Shown: piece after piece, positions 39,289 to 49,065 of the stretch | Position numbering within the stretch: the stretch's first letter is position 1 | Layout of the letters: each line of letters opens with the position of its first letter | NCBI GenBank assembly: GCA_038243585.1 | Contig: JBBSQY010000006.1 | Location: 1-64,000 of the forward strand | Direction: 5' to 3' | Origin: Candidatus Sumerlaeales bacterium | Lineage (GTDB): Bacteria; Sumerlaeota; Sumerlaeia; Sumerlaeales; Sumerlaeaceae | DNA length: 64,000 nucleotides | The notes under the pieces: generated by a model | Databases searched by the model: none | What the model was told of the DNA's origin: nothing | The model's input: only the letters and a program-made list of their open reading frames with translations | Program-made: the position numbers and the translations under genes

Positions 39289-40389
39289 TTATGGAGTTTG
39301 AGAACGAAGTGCCGGCTCCGCAATTAAGCTACAGCCTCTCGGCAACGATTCCTGGATGCGACCAATAACGCGAAAGGATCCATCTGGAGAGGCAATCCCA
39401 ACATCATCTGTTTGAATTGCGATCACGCTGCCTACGTTGGCCAGATCAATTATTCTGATAAGCCCCGGCTCGCCTGGAGTCATCTCGTCTCCTGTCTCCG
39501 GGTCAACACACATAACTCTGCACCAGCTAGGACCCATCTTCCAATCGCTGCTGTTCTGATCGCGCAAGCTGCAGTCATAAAATTGCGATGAAAGTTCGGT
39601 CATGCCGTATTCGTTAACGATGTTGAATGCAGGAATACCGAACAGTTCGGACAAAACCGGGTAAAACTCATTTCTTTGTATCTCGCGGACCCGGCCCTTA
39701 AATCCGCCGGTTTCCATTATACGACTGCCGAACGGAAGGTTAAATCGTAGATTCCGCTGTGTCATCGCTTCCAAAACGTAAACAAACCCGAATGCCGTGC
39801 CCAGCAAAAAAACAGGTTGCTGACGCTCAGAAGCTTCGTAAAGAGCGCAAGATAAACTGTCGATATTAACCACGGATCCTGTTCCGTGGAATTGGGATTC
39901 CGGTGTTCCAAATTTTAACCGGACGGTATCCATCATATGGACTAAAGAACTATGAGGAGTCTCAAAAGGGGGAGGCGTTAAAAACTCCATTCGCATATGT
40001 TCTGCATCGGGCAGAAGGAAGCTTTTGAATGGAGGGCAGATGGCCTTTTCATAAATTTCTAACGTTTCAAAGTAATGGTATCCTGTATCGCCTTCCGTTG
40101 TACCACTGGTTTCGAACCATGCTTTTATGGCGTCAAAGGGGAACGAACACACGCTTGCTCGTTTAAATGCGGCTGCGGGAAGAGCGGGAAGCTTCTTCCA
40201 ATGATCTGGGGCGCTGAGGCGGGCTGCGTCAAAATATCCCCTGTACACAGGGTTTGCTGATAGCTGATATCGAAACAGTTGTAAAGCGAAGCTGCTGAAC
40301 TCTACGTCCGACAGAATCTGCCCTGTCGAAATTATCTGAAGGATTTCGCGATGTAGCAACGCCCGAAGGCCATTAGCTGTTTGTGACAT
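39289..40389 (-). CDS. LuxE/PaaK-like acyl-protein synthetase
   Basis: FETSGTT, METGGFKGR, EYGMTELSSQFY, DLAN..S..IQTDD.G, C-terminal RGCS. Confidence 0.85.
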   Translation of the reverse strand: MSQTANGLRALLHREILQIISTGQILSDVEFSSFALQLFRYQLSANPVYRGYFDAARLSAPDHWKKLPALPAAAFKRASVCSFPFDAIKAWFETSGTTEGDTGYHYFETLEIYEKAICPPFKSFLLPDAEHMRMEFLTPPPFETPHSSLVHMMDTVRLKFGTPESQFHGTGSVVNIDSLSCALYEASERQQPVFLLGTAFGFVYVLEAMTQRNLRFNLPFGSRIMETGGFKGRVREIQRNEFYPVLSELFGIPAFNIVNEYGMTELSSQFYDCSLRDQNSSDWKMGPSWCRVMCVDPETGDEMTPGEPGLIRIIDLANVGSVIAIQTDDVGIASPDGSFRVIGRIQESLPRGCSLIAEPALRSQTP

Positions 40390-40439
40390 CTTTTTGTTTG
40401 CCCTTGGGAAGTGAACGGGTCGTAACGAGATTTAATAAT

Positions 40440-41741
40440 ATGCGATTATCTAATTTTTCATACATGGTTGCGACCAACCTTACAGAAAAGAAATGGCGCA
40501 CGCTGTTTGCCGTGCTTGTAATTGCGTTTGCCACAGCTGTCGCACTGGCTGTGACGGCGGTTAGTAGCGGTATGCTGCGCGGGCTGCAGGCCCGAGCGGC
40601 AGATATGTTCCCCCCAACGGTAATTATGGTCAAGCCTAAGACAGTGGCGCTGGCAATGCTTTCGTTTAATTCTGCCGTCATTGATGAACCAGCTGTTGCT
40701 AAAATCCGGGCTTTGCCCGGAGTTAGCCATGTTGAACCACAGTTAAGCCTGAGGGTTCCGCTGCGAATGGAAGTAGAAATTGCAGGCCAGTACGCAGTGA
40801 CAGACGCCGTGGTGATTGGCGTGGACCCGTCTACATTAAAGAATAGTGTTGCCAAAGGCATGACCTTCGAGTATGACGATTCAAGCAGTCAACCCATACC
40901 CTGCGTTGTTCCAAAGCTGTTGCTGGATATGTATAATCTGGCGTATGCCGACAGCATCGGATTTCCTAAAATCAATGAGGATTTTCTGATAGGAAAACGC
41001 TTCACCATGGTGCTGGGGCAGACTTACTTGGCCGGCGGCGGCGCCAACGGCAAGCAGGACAAAATATTGTGCAGGGTAGTTGGCCTGGTCTCAGACGCTT
41101 CTTTAGTACCCGGAGTCTATATACCGATTGAGTATGCCCGGCGTTTGAACTTCTGGTACACTGGAAATATTGATCAGCCTTATACGGCACTTCGAGTGAT
41201 AATTAAGCGGCCCGATCAGGTTGACACCGTAAGCAAGAGCCTTTCAGATATGGGGCTTATGGCAGAAGGAAACCGTTGGGCCTACGATTCTATTACTTTT
41301 GCGACTAAAGCGGGGGCAGTGGTTCTCTATGCTTTTGCATTTCTAATTCTATTAGTTACGTCGTTTAGTATATTAAATCTTTTCAGCCTCATCATGGCGC
41401 ACCGAACCGGCGAAATACGCTTGCTGACGGCTGTTGGCGGAACGAAAGCGACCCTGCGATGGTTGTATTTTGCTGAGGCAGTGGCCATCGCGTTGGGCGG
41501 ACTGATCATCGGTGGGAGCGTAGTCTTTTTTGGCTTAAATCAGATTGAATTGCAAATTCGCAGGCGTCTGGAAGCCTTGAATATGGCAAATCTCAGCGTA
41601 TTGCCAGAGCACATTTTTGCCTTTGATTTTCTGCCTGTCACAGTTGTTGTAGTTGTAGTGATGATAATGTCTGTTGCCGCTCCGCTGGTAATTACCTGGA
41701 GAACTACTGGAAAACAAGTGGCTGGTTCAGGGCAGGCCTAG
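40440..41741 (+). CDS. ABC transporter permease, MacB/FtsX-like
   Basis: N-terminal TM, large periplasmic domain, three C-terminal TMs with 'RTGEIRLLTAVGG'. Start approximate (ORF opens at 40383). Confidence 0.8.
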   Translation: MRLSNFSYMVATNLTEKKWRTLFAVLVIAFATAVALAVTAVSSGMLRGLQARAADMFPPTVIMVKPKTVALAMLSFNSAVIDEPAVAKIRALPGVSHVEPQLSLRVPLRMEVEIAGQYAVTDAVVIGVDPSTLKNSVAKGMTFEYDDSSSQPIPCVVPKLLLDMYNLAYADSIGFPKINEDFLIGKRFTMVLGQTYLAGGGANGKQDKILCRVVGLVSDASLVPGVYIPIEYARRLNFWYTGNIDQPYTALRVIIKRPDQVDTVSKSLSDMGLMAEGNRWAYDSITFATKAGAVVLYAFAFLILLVTSFSILNLFSLIMAHRTGEIRLLTAVGGTKATLRWLYFAEAVAIALGGLIIGGSVVFFGLNQIELQIRRRLEALNMANLSVLPEHIFAFDFLPVTVVVVVVMIMSVAAPLVITWRTTGKQVAGSGQA

Positions 41742-41761
41742 GCTACTGGGAAGGTAATTTA

Positions 41762-42151
41762 GTGATGCAAACTACTAAAAACACGTCGGGAACGGCAGGT
41801 AGCCTTTATTTAGGTCGTGTAAATAATGCTTTTGCCATTGTTGAACTATTGCTTGTGGTAATCGTAATTGCCCTTCTTTCCGGCTGGTATTTCAGAGACG
41901 GAAACAATCCACACCAGGAAGCCGCAAGCCAGTACAAGCAGAGCATGGATCGAAGCAAATCCACGGCGTGTATCGCCGGGCGATCCGCTATGCGATCTGT
42001 GGTGCTGACTCACACAATGCAAAATCCAGGACAACCAGTCACCACAGAGGCCTTAAAAGCAGCGGGTGTAAATATGAACATCTGTCCCGAGGGCGGCGTT
42101 ATAACTGTGACAGCGGACGGAAGTCTTCTTTGCTCAATTCACCAGCCATGA
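41762..42151 (+). CDS. Prepilin-type (class III signal) small pilin/pseudopilin
   Basis: NNA|FAIVELLLVVIVIALL (F+1, E+5); C-terminal CPEGG...C. Confidence 0.65.
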   Translation: MMQTTKNTSGTAGSLYLGRVNNAFAIVELLLVVIVIALLSGWYFRDGNNPHQEAASQYKQSMDRSKSTACIAGRSAMRSVVLTHTMQNPGQPVTTEALKAAGVNMNICPEGGVITVTADGSLLCSIHQP

Positions 42152-42199
42152 GTGCTTTTTTTATTGCCCAAGATTGCGAAAAGGATAAGACTTTGTGTC

Positions 42200-42751
42200 A
42201 TGTTAAATAAATTAAGCCCTTTTTTGAGAAAACCTGTCGGAGTCATTGCCGTTTCATTCGGGTTATTTCCGTTCTCCGCTCCCAAGCAGCAACCTGTAGT
42301 ATTTAACTTCGATCAAACTATTAATTTATTTCAACCGGGTCCGAAGTGGCCGGTTGAAAAGCTTTTGAAACCAGCCGAGAAGCAGGTATACGAACAGTAC
42401 GGGAAACCGGATTACTTCCGAATTTTGTGGAACAGCACAGGGGAAATCAAAGTCAGATCCATACTCGAGCAGGAGTGGAAGAGTACGGGTCCCAAAAACC
42501 TTCCGCCTTCCTCCTGGGTTTACCTACAGCGTAATGAAGAGATCATCTTTGTAAATGATAGCTTCCGTACGCAGCCACTAACTGCCGCAGTGCAACTTAT
42601 TGTTAAGATGGGTGACCCTGAACTGGTAAAAGATATGGGTTCCGGCATGGCGCAATGGACGTATTACAGCACAGGGAAAATGTATACTGTTTCTGAAGGC
42701 AAAGTAGCAGAAACAAGAAGCTTTCCGCCAATGGGCAGCTATCATAAGTAA
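42200..42751 (+). CDS. Hypothetical exported protein
   Basis: ORF in a co-directional run; hydrophobic N-terminal segment. Start approximate. Confidence 0.5.
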   Translation: MLNKLSPFLRKPVGVIAVSFGLFPFSAPKQQPVVFNFDQTINLFQPGPKWPVEKLLKPAEKQVYEQYGKPDYFRILWNSTGEIKVRSILEQEWKSTGPKNLPPSSWVYLQRNEEIIFVNDSFRTQPLTAAVQLIVKMGDPELVKDMGSGMAQWTYYSTGKMYTVSEGKVAETRSFPPMGSYHK

Positions 42752-42797
42752 TTATGAAATAGAGCATTTAGGTCAAGAGCAGCCAGATAATAGCAAT

Positions 42798-43394
42798 CGG
42801 CCTCTGTTTTTCGCCTTAAAATTGCCCTCAGAGGTGAAGATGCAGCTCGCCGATCTTCAGGCTCGCCTTAAAATCGGTTGTCGTTTTGTGGATGCTCATC
42901 CGAAGTGGGTTGAAACAGACAACCTGCATTTGACTTTGTTGTTTATCGGAAATATAAATAAAACTAGAATAGCCGAATTAGCCGAAATTGCTGACGGGGT
43001 TGCCGCAGAAATGGACCCGTTTGACGTGGTGGTCGCCAGGCTAGGTTTGTTTCCTGCCGATAGCAAGGAACCGAAGGTTTTGTCGATAGACGTTAGAGGT
43101 ATGGACAAGAGTTTGCAGCGGCTGCATGCTCGGCTGCACGATGCACTTTCTCAGCGTGAATTTGACTTGGAAAGACGGCCTTATAAGCCCCATCTAACCC
43201 TCGCCAGAATCACCAGTATCAAAACCGGCTCCCGCCTTGCCCCGCTAGCGGCTTCACACGCCAACAAGCTCCAGACGAAATTTACAGCTAGCGAAGTGGT
43301 TCTCTTTGAAAGCCAGTTGCAAGCCGAAGGGTCTACCTATAACGACTTGCACACATCAAAATTTACTAGTAGCTCCGCAACACACGCGGGTTGA
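42798..43394 (+). CDS. thpR: RNA 2',3'-cyclic phosphodiesterase (2H family, '2'-5' RNA ligase')
   Basis: Two HxT motifs (NLHLTLLFIG, PHLTLAR). Conserved N-terminal RPLFFALKLP begins at 42798, upstream of the first canonical start (TTG 42822); true start unresolved. Confidence 0.88.
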   Translation, partial: RPLFFALKLPSEVKMQLADLQARLKIGCRFVDAHPKWVETDNLHLTLLFIGNINKTRIAELAEIADGVAAEMDPFDVVVARLGLFPADSKEPKVLSIDVRGMDKSLQRLHARLHDALSQREFDLERRPYKPHLTLARITSIKTGSRLAPLAASHANKLQTKFTASEVVLFESQLQAEGSTYNDLHTSKFTSSSATHAG

Positions 43395-43429
43395 TTTAAA
43401 GTCTGCAGAGAATTGTAAGTAGGATTTTT

Positions 43430-44185
43430 ATGAAACAATTTATTTATCTTTTTACCGCTATCATTTTAAATGGAAGTTGTTTTGCACAAGATACTCCACC
43501 TTCGATGAGCGCTGCGGAAGTTGCTAGAGATGTGGTGCAAAAAATTAACCGCATTTCAAGTTTCAGCGCCACTGTAGAGACTGGGGAAACGGAAGCAGCA
43601 AGCCCGGCCTTTAAAACCTCATCAGACTTGGTAGTGTCTCGTCTGTATGGCTGGAAACTGATTGCTGATGACGGGCCGGAACCCTATACGTTAATTACAG
43701 ATTTCCAGTCGTTTTACCAGTATTTTCCCAAAGAGAAAAAGGTAATGAAAACGACAGCGGACGTTCCTGAGCTAAAGGCCATGCTAACAAAACCTGTTAC
43801 GGATATGAACCCATTAAACCTTCTTGATCCCAAATCACTAGTATATAAAGGTAATGAAAAAGTGAACGGAGAGACTGTCTACCACATCGAAGGTACAACA
43901 CAGTCCCAGCTGATGCCGGGCGGGCCGGAAATTAAAAGATCATTGATAGCTTGGATTAGTGTCGAAGATGGTCTGCCGCGTAAGACTGTTGAGTCAGTCG
44001 GCACCTCTACCGGCACTACCGTGTACCAAAATGTAAAAGTTAACCCGCCGGTCTCACCGGCCGATTTTACGTTTACTCCTCCGCCGGGAACAGCGGTTAT
44101 TGATACGAACGAGCAGATGCGTAAAATGCAACAAGAAGATCGGCGCCCTTCAGCAGCCGAACCGTCGATTACACCTACCCCTTAA
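43430..44185 (+). CDS. Second secreted LolA-fold (DUF2092-like) protein
   Basis: Signal peptide; 'ISSFSATV', 'GNEKVNGETVYHI', 'AWISVEDGLP', 'NVKVNPPVSPADFTFTPPPG'. Confidence 0.7.
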   Translation: MKQFIYLFTAIILNGSCFAQDTPPSMSAAEVARDVVQKINRISSFSATVETGETEAASPAFKTSSDLVVSRLYGWKLIADDGPEPYTLITDFQSFYQYFPKEKKVMKTTADVPELKAMLTKPVTDMNPLNLLDPKSLVYKGNEKVNGETVYHIEGTTQSQLMPGGPEIKRSLIAWISVEDGLPRKTVESVGTSTGTTVYQNVKVNPPVSPADFTFTPPPGTAVIDTNEQMRKMQQEDRRPSAAEPSITPTP

Positions 44186-44226
44186 GTTTTAAAACCTACT
44201 CTCTAACCTTTCCGTGGAGGAACGTT

Positions 44227-45189
44227 ATGCGTCTCGGAGTTTTTCTAGCGCTGTTTGGCAATCAGGATCTTGAAACTACATTGGATTTTGTTCAGAAAAT
44301 CGGTCTTGATACTGTCGAGGTCGGGACGGGAAATTACCCGCCTGACACCCATTGCAAGCCGGCGGATCTTCTTGGAAACAAAGAAGCGCAGAAGCAGTTT
44401 CTTAGTAAATTCAAAAAACGCGGAATCATGATATCCGCCCTGTCTTGCCACGCCAATGCCATTCATCCCGATGAGGCGGTTGCGTCCGCCCATGCAAAAG
44501 TCCAGCGAGATACAATACAGCTTGCTGGTGAGCTTGGCATCGAACGCGTTAACACCTTCAGCGGCTGTCCCGGCGGTGGTCCCGGCGATAAAACTCCGAA
44601 CTGGGTAACTTGCCCATGGCCGGACGATTTTCTAAACATTCTGGATTGGCAGTGGAACGAAGTCATTATTCCATTTTGGAAAAAGGAATCCACTTTCGCA
44701 AAAGAGCATGGCGTTAAAGTCGGACTGGAGATGCATCCTGGCTTTTCAGTTTATAATCCTGAAACCATGCTGCGCCTTCGCGCTGCTGCTGGCGATAATA
44801 TTGGCTGCAACTTTGACCCATCGCACTTATTCTGGCAGGGGATGGATCCCATTGCTGCGCTTCGAGAACTTAAGGGTGCAATTTTCCATGTTCATGCCAA
44901 GGACGTTAACATTGATCCTATAAATACATCACGAAATGGCGTACTGGACACAAAACATTACGCGGACGAACTGAACCGGTCATGGATTTTCCGGACGGTC
45001 GGTTATGGTCACGATGAGTTGTTCTGGCGTAATTTCGTCAGCACCCTGAGGTTGATCGGTTATGACCACGCCATCAGCATCGAACATGAAGACAGCCTGA
45101 TGAGTGTAAACGAGGGCCTGAGCAAAGCTGTAGAATTGTTGCGGCGGGTTTTGCTAACTGAAGAAACCGGCGAAATGTGGTGGGCTTAG
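44227..45189 (+). CDS. Sugar phosphate isomerase/epimerase (xylose-isomerase-like TIM barrel)
   Basis: LEMHPG, NFDPSHLFWQG, HVHAKD, SIEHED metal-binding motifs; GGAGG RBS. Confidence 0.88.
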   Translation: MRLGVFLALFGNQDLETTLDFVQKIGLDTVEVGTGNYPPDTHCKPADLLGNKEAQKQFLSKFKKRGIMISALSCHANAIHPDEAVASAHAKVQRDTIQLAGELGIERVNTFSGCPGGGPGDKTPNWVTCPWPDDFLNILDWQWNEVIIPFWKKESTFAKEHGVKVGLEMHPGFSVYNPETMLRLRAAAGDNIGCNFDPSHLFWQGMDPIAALRELKGAIFHVHAKDVNIDPINTSRNGVLDTKHYADELNRSWIFRTVGYGHDELFWRNFVSTLRLIGYDHAISIEHEDSLMSVNEGLSKAVELLRRVLLTEETGEMWWA

Positions 45190-45611
45190 CCCAATGCCTT
45201 CAATTTTTAGTGATACTTACAACCTTGGCACTTTCTTTCGCCGGGTGCAAAGGGAAAGACTGGCGCCACCATAATGGGTATGTTATTGTCGCCGATTATG
45301 GTGACAGGCATGCCGTCATTCACGACGATCCAACTGGTTATCGGGGAGATTTTATAGTCGGGCCAAGGATTACCCACTGGAATACCTATGATGAGTATCT
45401 TCTTGTTTATAAAGTGCCAAATCCAAAAAATGATTTAAACGTGCCTTGGGCAGCGGAGACAGGCTACGCTATAATTAACACATTCGACGGCAGCACAACT
45501 TTCTCGGAAATGCGCGAGAATTATAAATACATGGCCGTGATTCAATTAGGAATTCCGGAAGCTGAAACGGTGTTACATTCCATTTATCCCAGCATTAAAA
45601 CCAAAAGATAA
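45177..45611 (+). CDS. Hypothetical lipoprotein
   Basis: Hydrophobic N-terminus ending in lipobox-like FAGC. Confidence 0.5.
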   Translation: MVGLAQCLQFLVILTTLALSFAGCKGKDWRHHNGYVIVADYGDRHAVIHDDPTGYRGDFIVGPRITHWNTYDEYLLVYKVPNPKNDLNVPWAAETGYAIINTFDGSTTFSEMRENYKYMAVIQLGIPEAETVLHSIYPSIKTKR

Positions 45612-45679
45612 ATTGTTTCTAACGGCATTTGGCCCTGTCGCGGGGCTTTGGTATTTTATAGCAAAACGATGAACGGAAA

Positions 45680-46693
45680 CTACAACAAATCCGTCTGTCG
45701 CGGCGGCTCGGCTACATTCAGATGCTCATAGCAAGCTGAAGTTGCCAGTCGGCCCCGCGGGGTTCGCTGCACAAAGCCTATCTGAATTAGAAAAGGCTCG
45801 ATCATATCCTCGATGGTGTCCTGATCCTCGCCGATGGCGACCGCTACGTTGTTCAGTCCCACCGGCCCGCCATTAAACTTTCTGATAATTGTCGTCAGGT
45901 AAAACTTATCCATCATGTCCAAGCCCAAGTGGTCAATGTCCAGCAGGTCCATGGCTGCCCCAGCTGTTTCAAGGGTTATGCTGCCATTAGAACGCACCTG
46001 TGCATAATCCCGCGCCCGCCGTAGGATTCGGTTGGCAATACGAGGCGTGCCGCGGGAACGCTTCGCGATTTCCACACAGCCTTCGTTGTCGATGGGCACC
46101 TTGAGAATTCCCGACGACCGGCGGACAATGGTTTCCATTTCTTCCTGCGAGTAAAAGTGGAGACGTTCAGAAATCCCAAACCTGCTGCGCAAAGGGGCCG
46201 TTACCATACCAGCTCTCGTTGTCGCGCCCACAAGCGTGAATGCGGGCAAATCCAACTTAATGGATTTGGCGTGGGGCCCTTCGCCTATGAGGATATCAAT
46301 TTTGAAGTCTTCCATGGCCTGGTAGAGGCACTCTTCCACAATTCGGTTCAACCTGTGTATTTCATCGATAAAAAGAACGTCACCGGCCTTTAAATCCGTA
46401 AGCAGGGCGGCAAGATCATCCTTTCTTTCTATGATCGGGCCGCTTGTGCTTTTCAGCTCACCACCCATTTCATTGGCGATAATAACCGAAAGCGTCGTTT
46501 TCCCAAGTCCAGGTGGACCATAAAGCAGACAATGATCCAGCGGCTCGCTGCGCTGCCTGGCAGCCTGAATGAAAAGGCGCAGTTTTTCTATGACCCGCGA
46601 TTGTCCGACAAACTCGGATGTCGTCTGCGGCCGCAGAGTTGTTTCTTCGCGCTCTTCATGTTCATCGCGCAACGGAGAAATAATGTTGTTCAC
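45680..46693 (-). CDS. ruvB: Holliday junction branch-migration ATPase RuvB
   Basis: [48 protein letters not shown]. Confidence 0.98.
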   Translation of the reverse strand: MNNIISPLRDEHEEREETTLRPQTTSEFVGQSRVIEKLRLFIQAARQRSEPLDHCLLYGPPGLGKTTLSVIIANEMGGELKSTSGPIIERKDDLAALLTDLKAGDVLFIDEIHRLNRIVEECLYQAMEDFKIDILIGEGPHAKSIKLDLPAFTLVGATTRAGMVTAPLRSRFGISERLHFYSQEEMETIVRRSSGILKVPIDNEGCVEIAKRSRGTPRIANRILRRARDYAQVRSNGSITLETAGAAMDLLDIDHLGLDMMDKFYLTTIIRKFNGGPVGLNNVAVAIGEDQDTIEDMIEPFLIQIGFVQRTPRGRLATSACYEHLNVAEPPRQTDLL

Positions 46694-46850
46694 TCTGAAT
46701 TGTTAGCCATTTAACGAAGCACATATGCTAGAACAAAATAACTAGTTCTGCAAAAATTTCCTTTTTTTTGACCAATTGCTCCATAAAGTGCGTAACCAGT
46801 TTTTCTTCGCGGTAGTATGCGTCATTGATTTCGCAGGAGGTAAATCCATC

Positions 46851-48068
46851 GTGTCGTTGAAAACCGACTTATGTAAAGAGACCGCATCCGAGTGCGTATT
46901 TCCCAATTATGGGATACGAAATATTGTGCTTACCGGAGGTAAAGGCACACGCGTATGGGACTCAGACGGGCGCGAATACCTGGATTTCCTTGCCGGAATT
47001 AGTGTGAACAACCTTGGACACTGCCCAGACAGAGTAATCGAGGCAATTCGTGCTCAAGTGGGGGAGCTTATGCATTGCTCCAACCTTTACTTGGTGCCGC
47101 AACAGGTTGAACTGGCGCAGCGCTTATGCGAACTATGTTTTGCTGATAAAGCGTTTTTTGCTAACAGCGGTGCAGAAGTGAATGAGGGAGCAATCAAGCT
47201 AGCTCGGCTTTACTCTAAGGCGAAATTCGGGGAAAACCGTTACGAAATCATCACTTTGCGAAATTCGTTTCATGGTCGCACATTGGCTACGCTGACCGCC
47301 ACCGGACAGGATAAAATTCAAAAAGGCTTCGAGCCGCTTCCGGTTGGCTTCAGATATGGAATTTTTAACGATTTGGAATCTGTACGGGCCTTAGTGACTG
47401 ACCTTACTTGTGCCGTAATGATTGAGCCAGTGCAGGGTGAAGGGGGAGTGACAGCCGCCTCTCCTGAATTTATTAACGGCCTCCGAGAGCTTTGTGATAC
47501 TCATAATCTACTGTTGATATTTGACGAAATCCAATGCGGCATGGCTCGATCCGGAAAAATGTTCGCGCATCAGGTATACGGCGTCGAGCCAGACATCATG
47601 ACGTTGGCGAAAGCTCTTGGCAACGGTTTGCCCATTGGCGCAATGCTGGCGCGCAGGGAGGTTGCCGACGTAATGCAGCCCGGCACTCACGGCTCCACTT
47701 TTGGCGGCGGGCCTGTGGCCTGTGCGGCGGCGCTGGCGGTTCTTGATGAAATGCGAGACTCTGCAATTCCTGAACGAGCAGCAAAAATGGGCGATTATCT
47801 GCGTTCAGGCATTGAAAACGCTCTACGCGGGCTTCCCGTCTTCAAGGGATTGCGCGGACTGGGTCTGATGGTAGGTATTGAATTGGCCTGCGAAGGTGCC
47901 GAGATAGTAAAAAAATGCCAGGAACATGGCGTTCTCATTAACTGCACTATGGGAAATGTTTTAAGATTACTTCCCCCACTAACAGTTACAGAAGAAGAAT
48001 GCGACCAGGTGAGCGATCTCCTCGCCTTGATTATCGCGGACCATGCCTTCAGTGCGCACCCTGTTTAG
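46851..48068 (+). CDS. argD: Acetylornithine aminotransferase
   Basis: YLDFLAGISVNNLGH, NSGAEVNE, FHGRT, DEIQCG, LAKALGNG, HGSTFGG; adjacent to argF. Start moved to GTG 46851 behind AGGAGG. Confidence 0.93.
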   Translation: MSLKTDLCKETASECVFPNYGIRNIVLTGGKGTRVWDSDGREYLDFLAGISVNNLGHCPDRVIEAIRAQVGELMHCSNLYLVPQQVELAQRLCELCFADKAFFANSGAEVNEGAIKLARLYSKAKFGENRYEIITLRNSFHGRTLATLTATGQDKIQKGFEPLPVGFRYGIFNDLESVRALVTDLTCAVMIEPVQGEGGVTAASPEFINGLRELCDTHNLLLIFDEIQCGMARSGKMFAHQVYGVEPDIMTLAKALGNGLPIGAMLARREVADVMQPGTHGSTFGGGPVACAAALAVLDEMRDSAIPERAAKMGDYLRSGIENALRGLPVFKGLRGLGLMVGIELACEGAEIVKKCQEHGVLINCTMGNVLRLLPPLTVTEEECDQVSDLLALIIADHAFSAHPV

Positions 48069-48083
48069 AAAAGGACAAGCCGT

Positions 48084-49016
48084 ATGAAAGATCTTATAAG
48101 GACGTCAGATTTTGATCGGGACACAGTTGAGCGTGTAATGAACGTGGCTGTCCGGGTGAAGGAGCGAACGCATCGGCGAGAGATTTGTGACGTACTGCAA
48201 GGTTATTCCGCCGCACTCATATTTCAAAAGCCCTCGCTGCGCACTCGAGTTACTTTTGACGTGGGAATAAAGCAACTGGGCGGGCACAGCGTCTATCTCG
48301 GGCCGTCTGAAATCAGCATGGGTGTGCGCGAAACAGTCTATGATGTAGCCAGAAATCTCGAGCGCTGGGTCGATCTGATTGTAGCGCGAGTGTTTTCGCA
48401 GGATCATGTGGCGGAGTTGGCGCAGGTTGCTAAGCCCCCCGTCATAAATGCGCTGAGTAACACTGAACACCCTTGCCAGATCTTTGCCGACTTTCTTACC
48501 TTGAAGGAAAAAGGGCTGCGCTGGGATGAAATTCGCCTGGCCTACCTTGGAGACGGAAATAATGTGTGTGTCTCATTAATGCTGCTTAGTGCAGTTTTGG
48601 GTGCGGAAATACGTGTTGGAAGTCCCAAAAGATATTGGCCACAGAAGCACATTATAGACGAATTCAACGCTTTAGCAGCCAAATCCGGCGCGAAGCTTAT
48701 TCTGACGGACGATCCCATAGAAGCTGCACGTGGAGCCAATGCGGTCTATACAGATATATGGGCAAGCATGGGATGGGAAAACGAAGCGGCTGAACGAAGC
48801 GCTATTCTCCGTCCGTACCAGCTTAACGCCACCGTAATGAAAGAGGCTGAAACTGGAGCTTTCGTAATGCATGATCTGCCAGCTCACCGTGGGGAAGAAA
48901 TTACGGACGACGTAATGGATGGCCCTAATTCCATCGTATTTGATCAGGCAGAAAACCGGCTTCATGCGCAAAAAGCAATAATCCTCGAGTGTCTTGGTCT
49001 GTCCGATAAAGTATAA
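48084..49016 (+). CDS. argF: Ornithine carbamoyltransferase
   Basis: SLRTR, HPCQ, GDGNNV, DIWASMG, HDLPAHRGEE, QAENR. Confidence 0.9.
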   Translation: MKDLIRTSDFDRDTVERVMNVAVRVKERTHRREICDVLQGYSAALIFQKPSLRTRVTFDVGIKQLGGHSVYLGPSEISMGVRETVYDVARNLERWVDLIVARVFSQDHVAELAQVAKPPVINALSNTEHPCQIFADFLTLKEKGLRWDEIRLAYLGDGNNVCVSLMLLSAVLGAEIRVGSPKRYWPQKHIIDEFNALAAKSGAKLILTDDPIEAARGANAVYTDIWASMGWENEAAERSAILRPYQLNATVMKEAETGAFVMHDLPAHRGEEITDDVMDGPNSIVFDQAENRLHAQKAIILECLGLSDKV

Positions 49017-49065
49017 TAGCCTTCAAATTAACAATTGTGATCCGAAACCATTGGAAGGAATCTAA

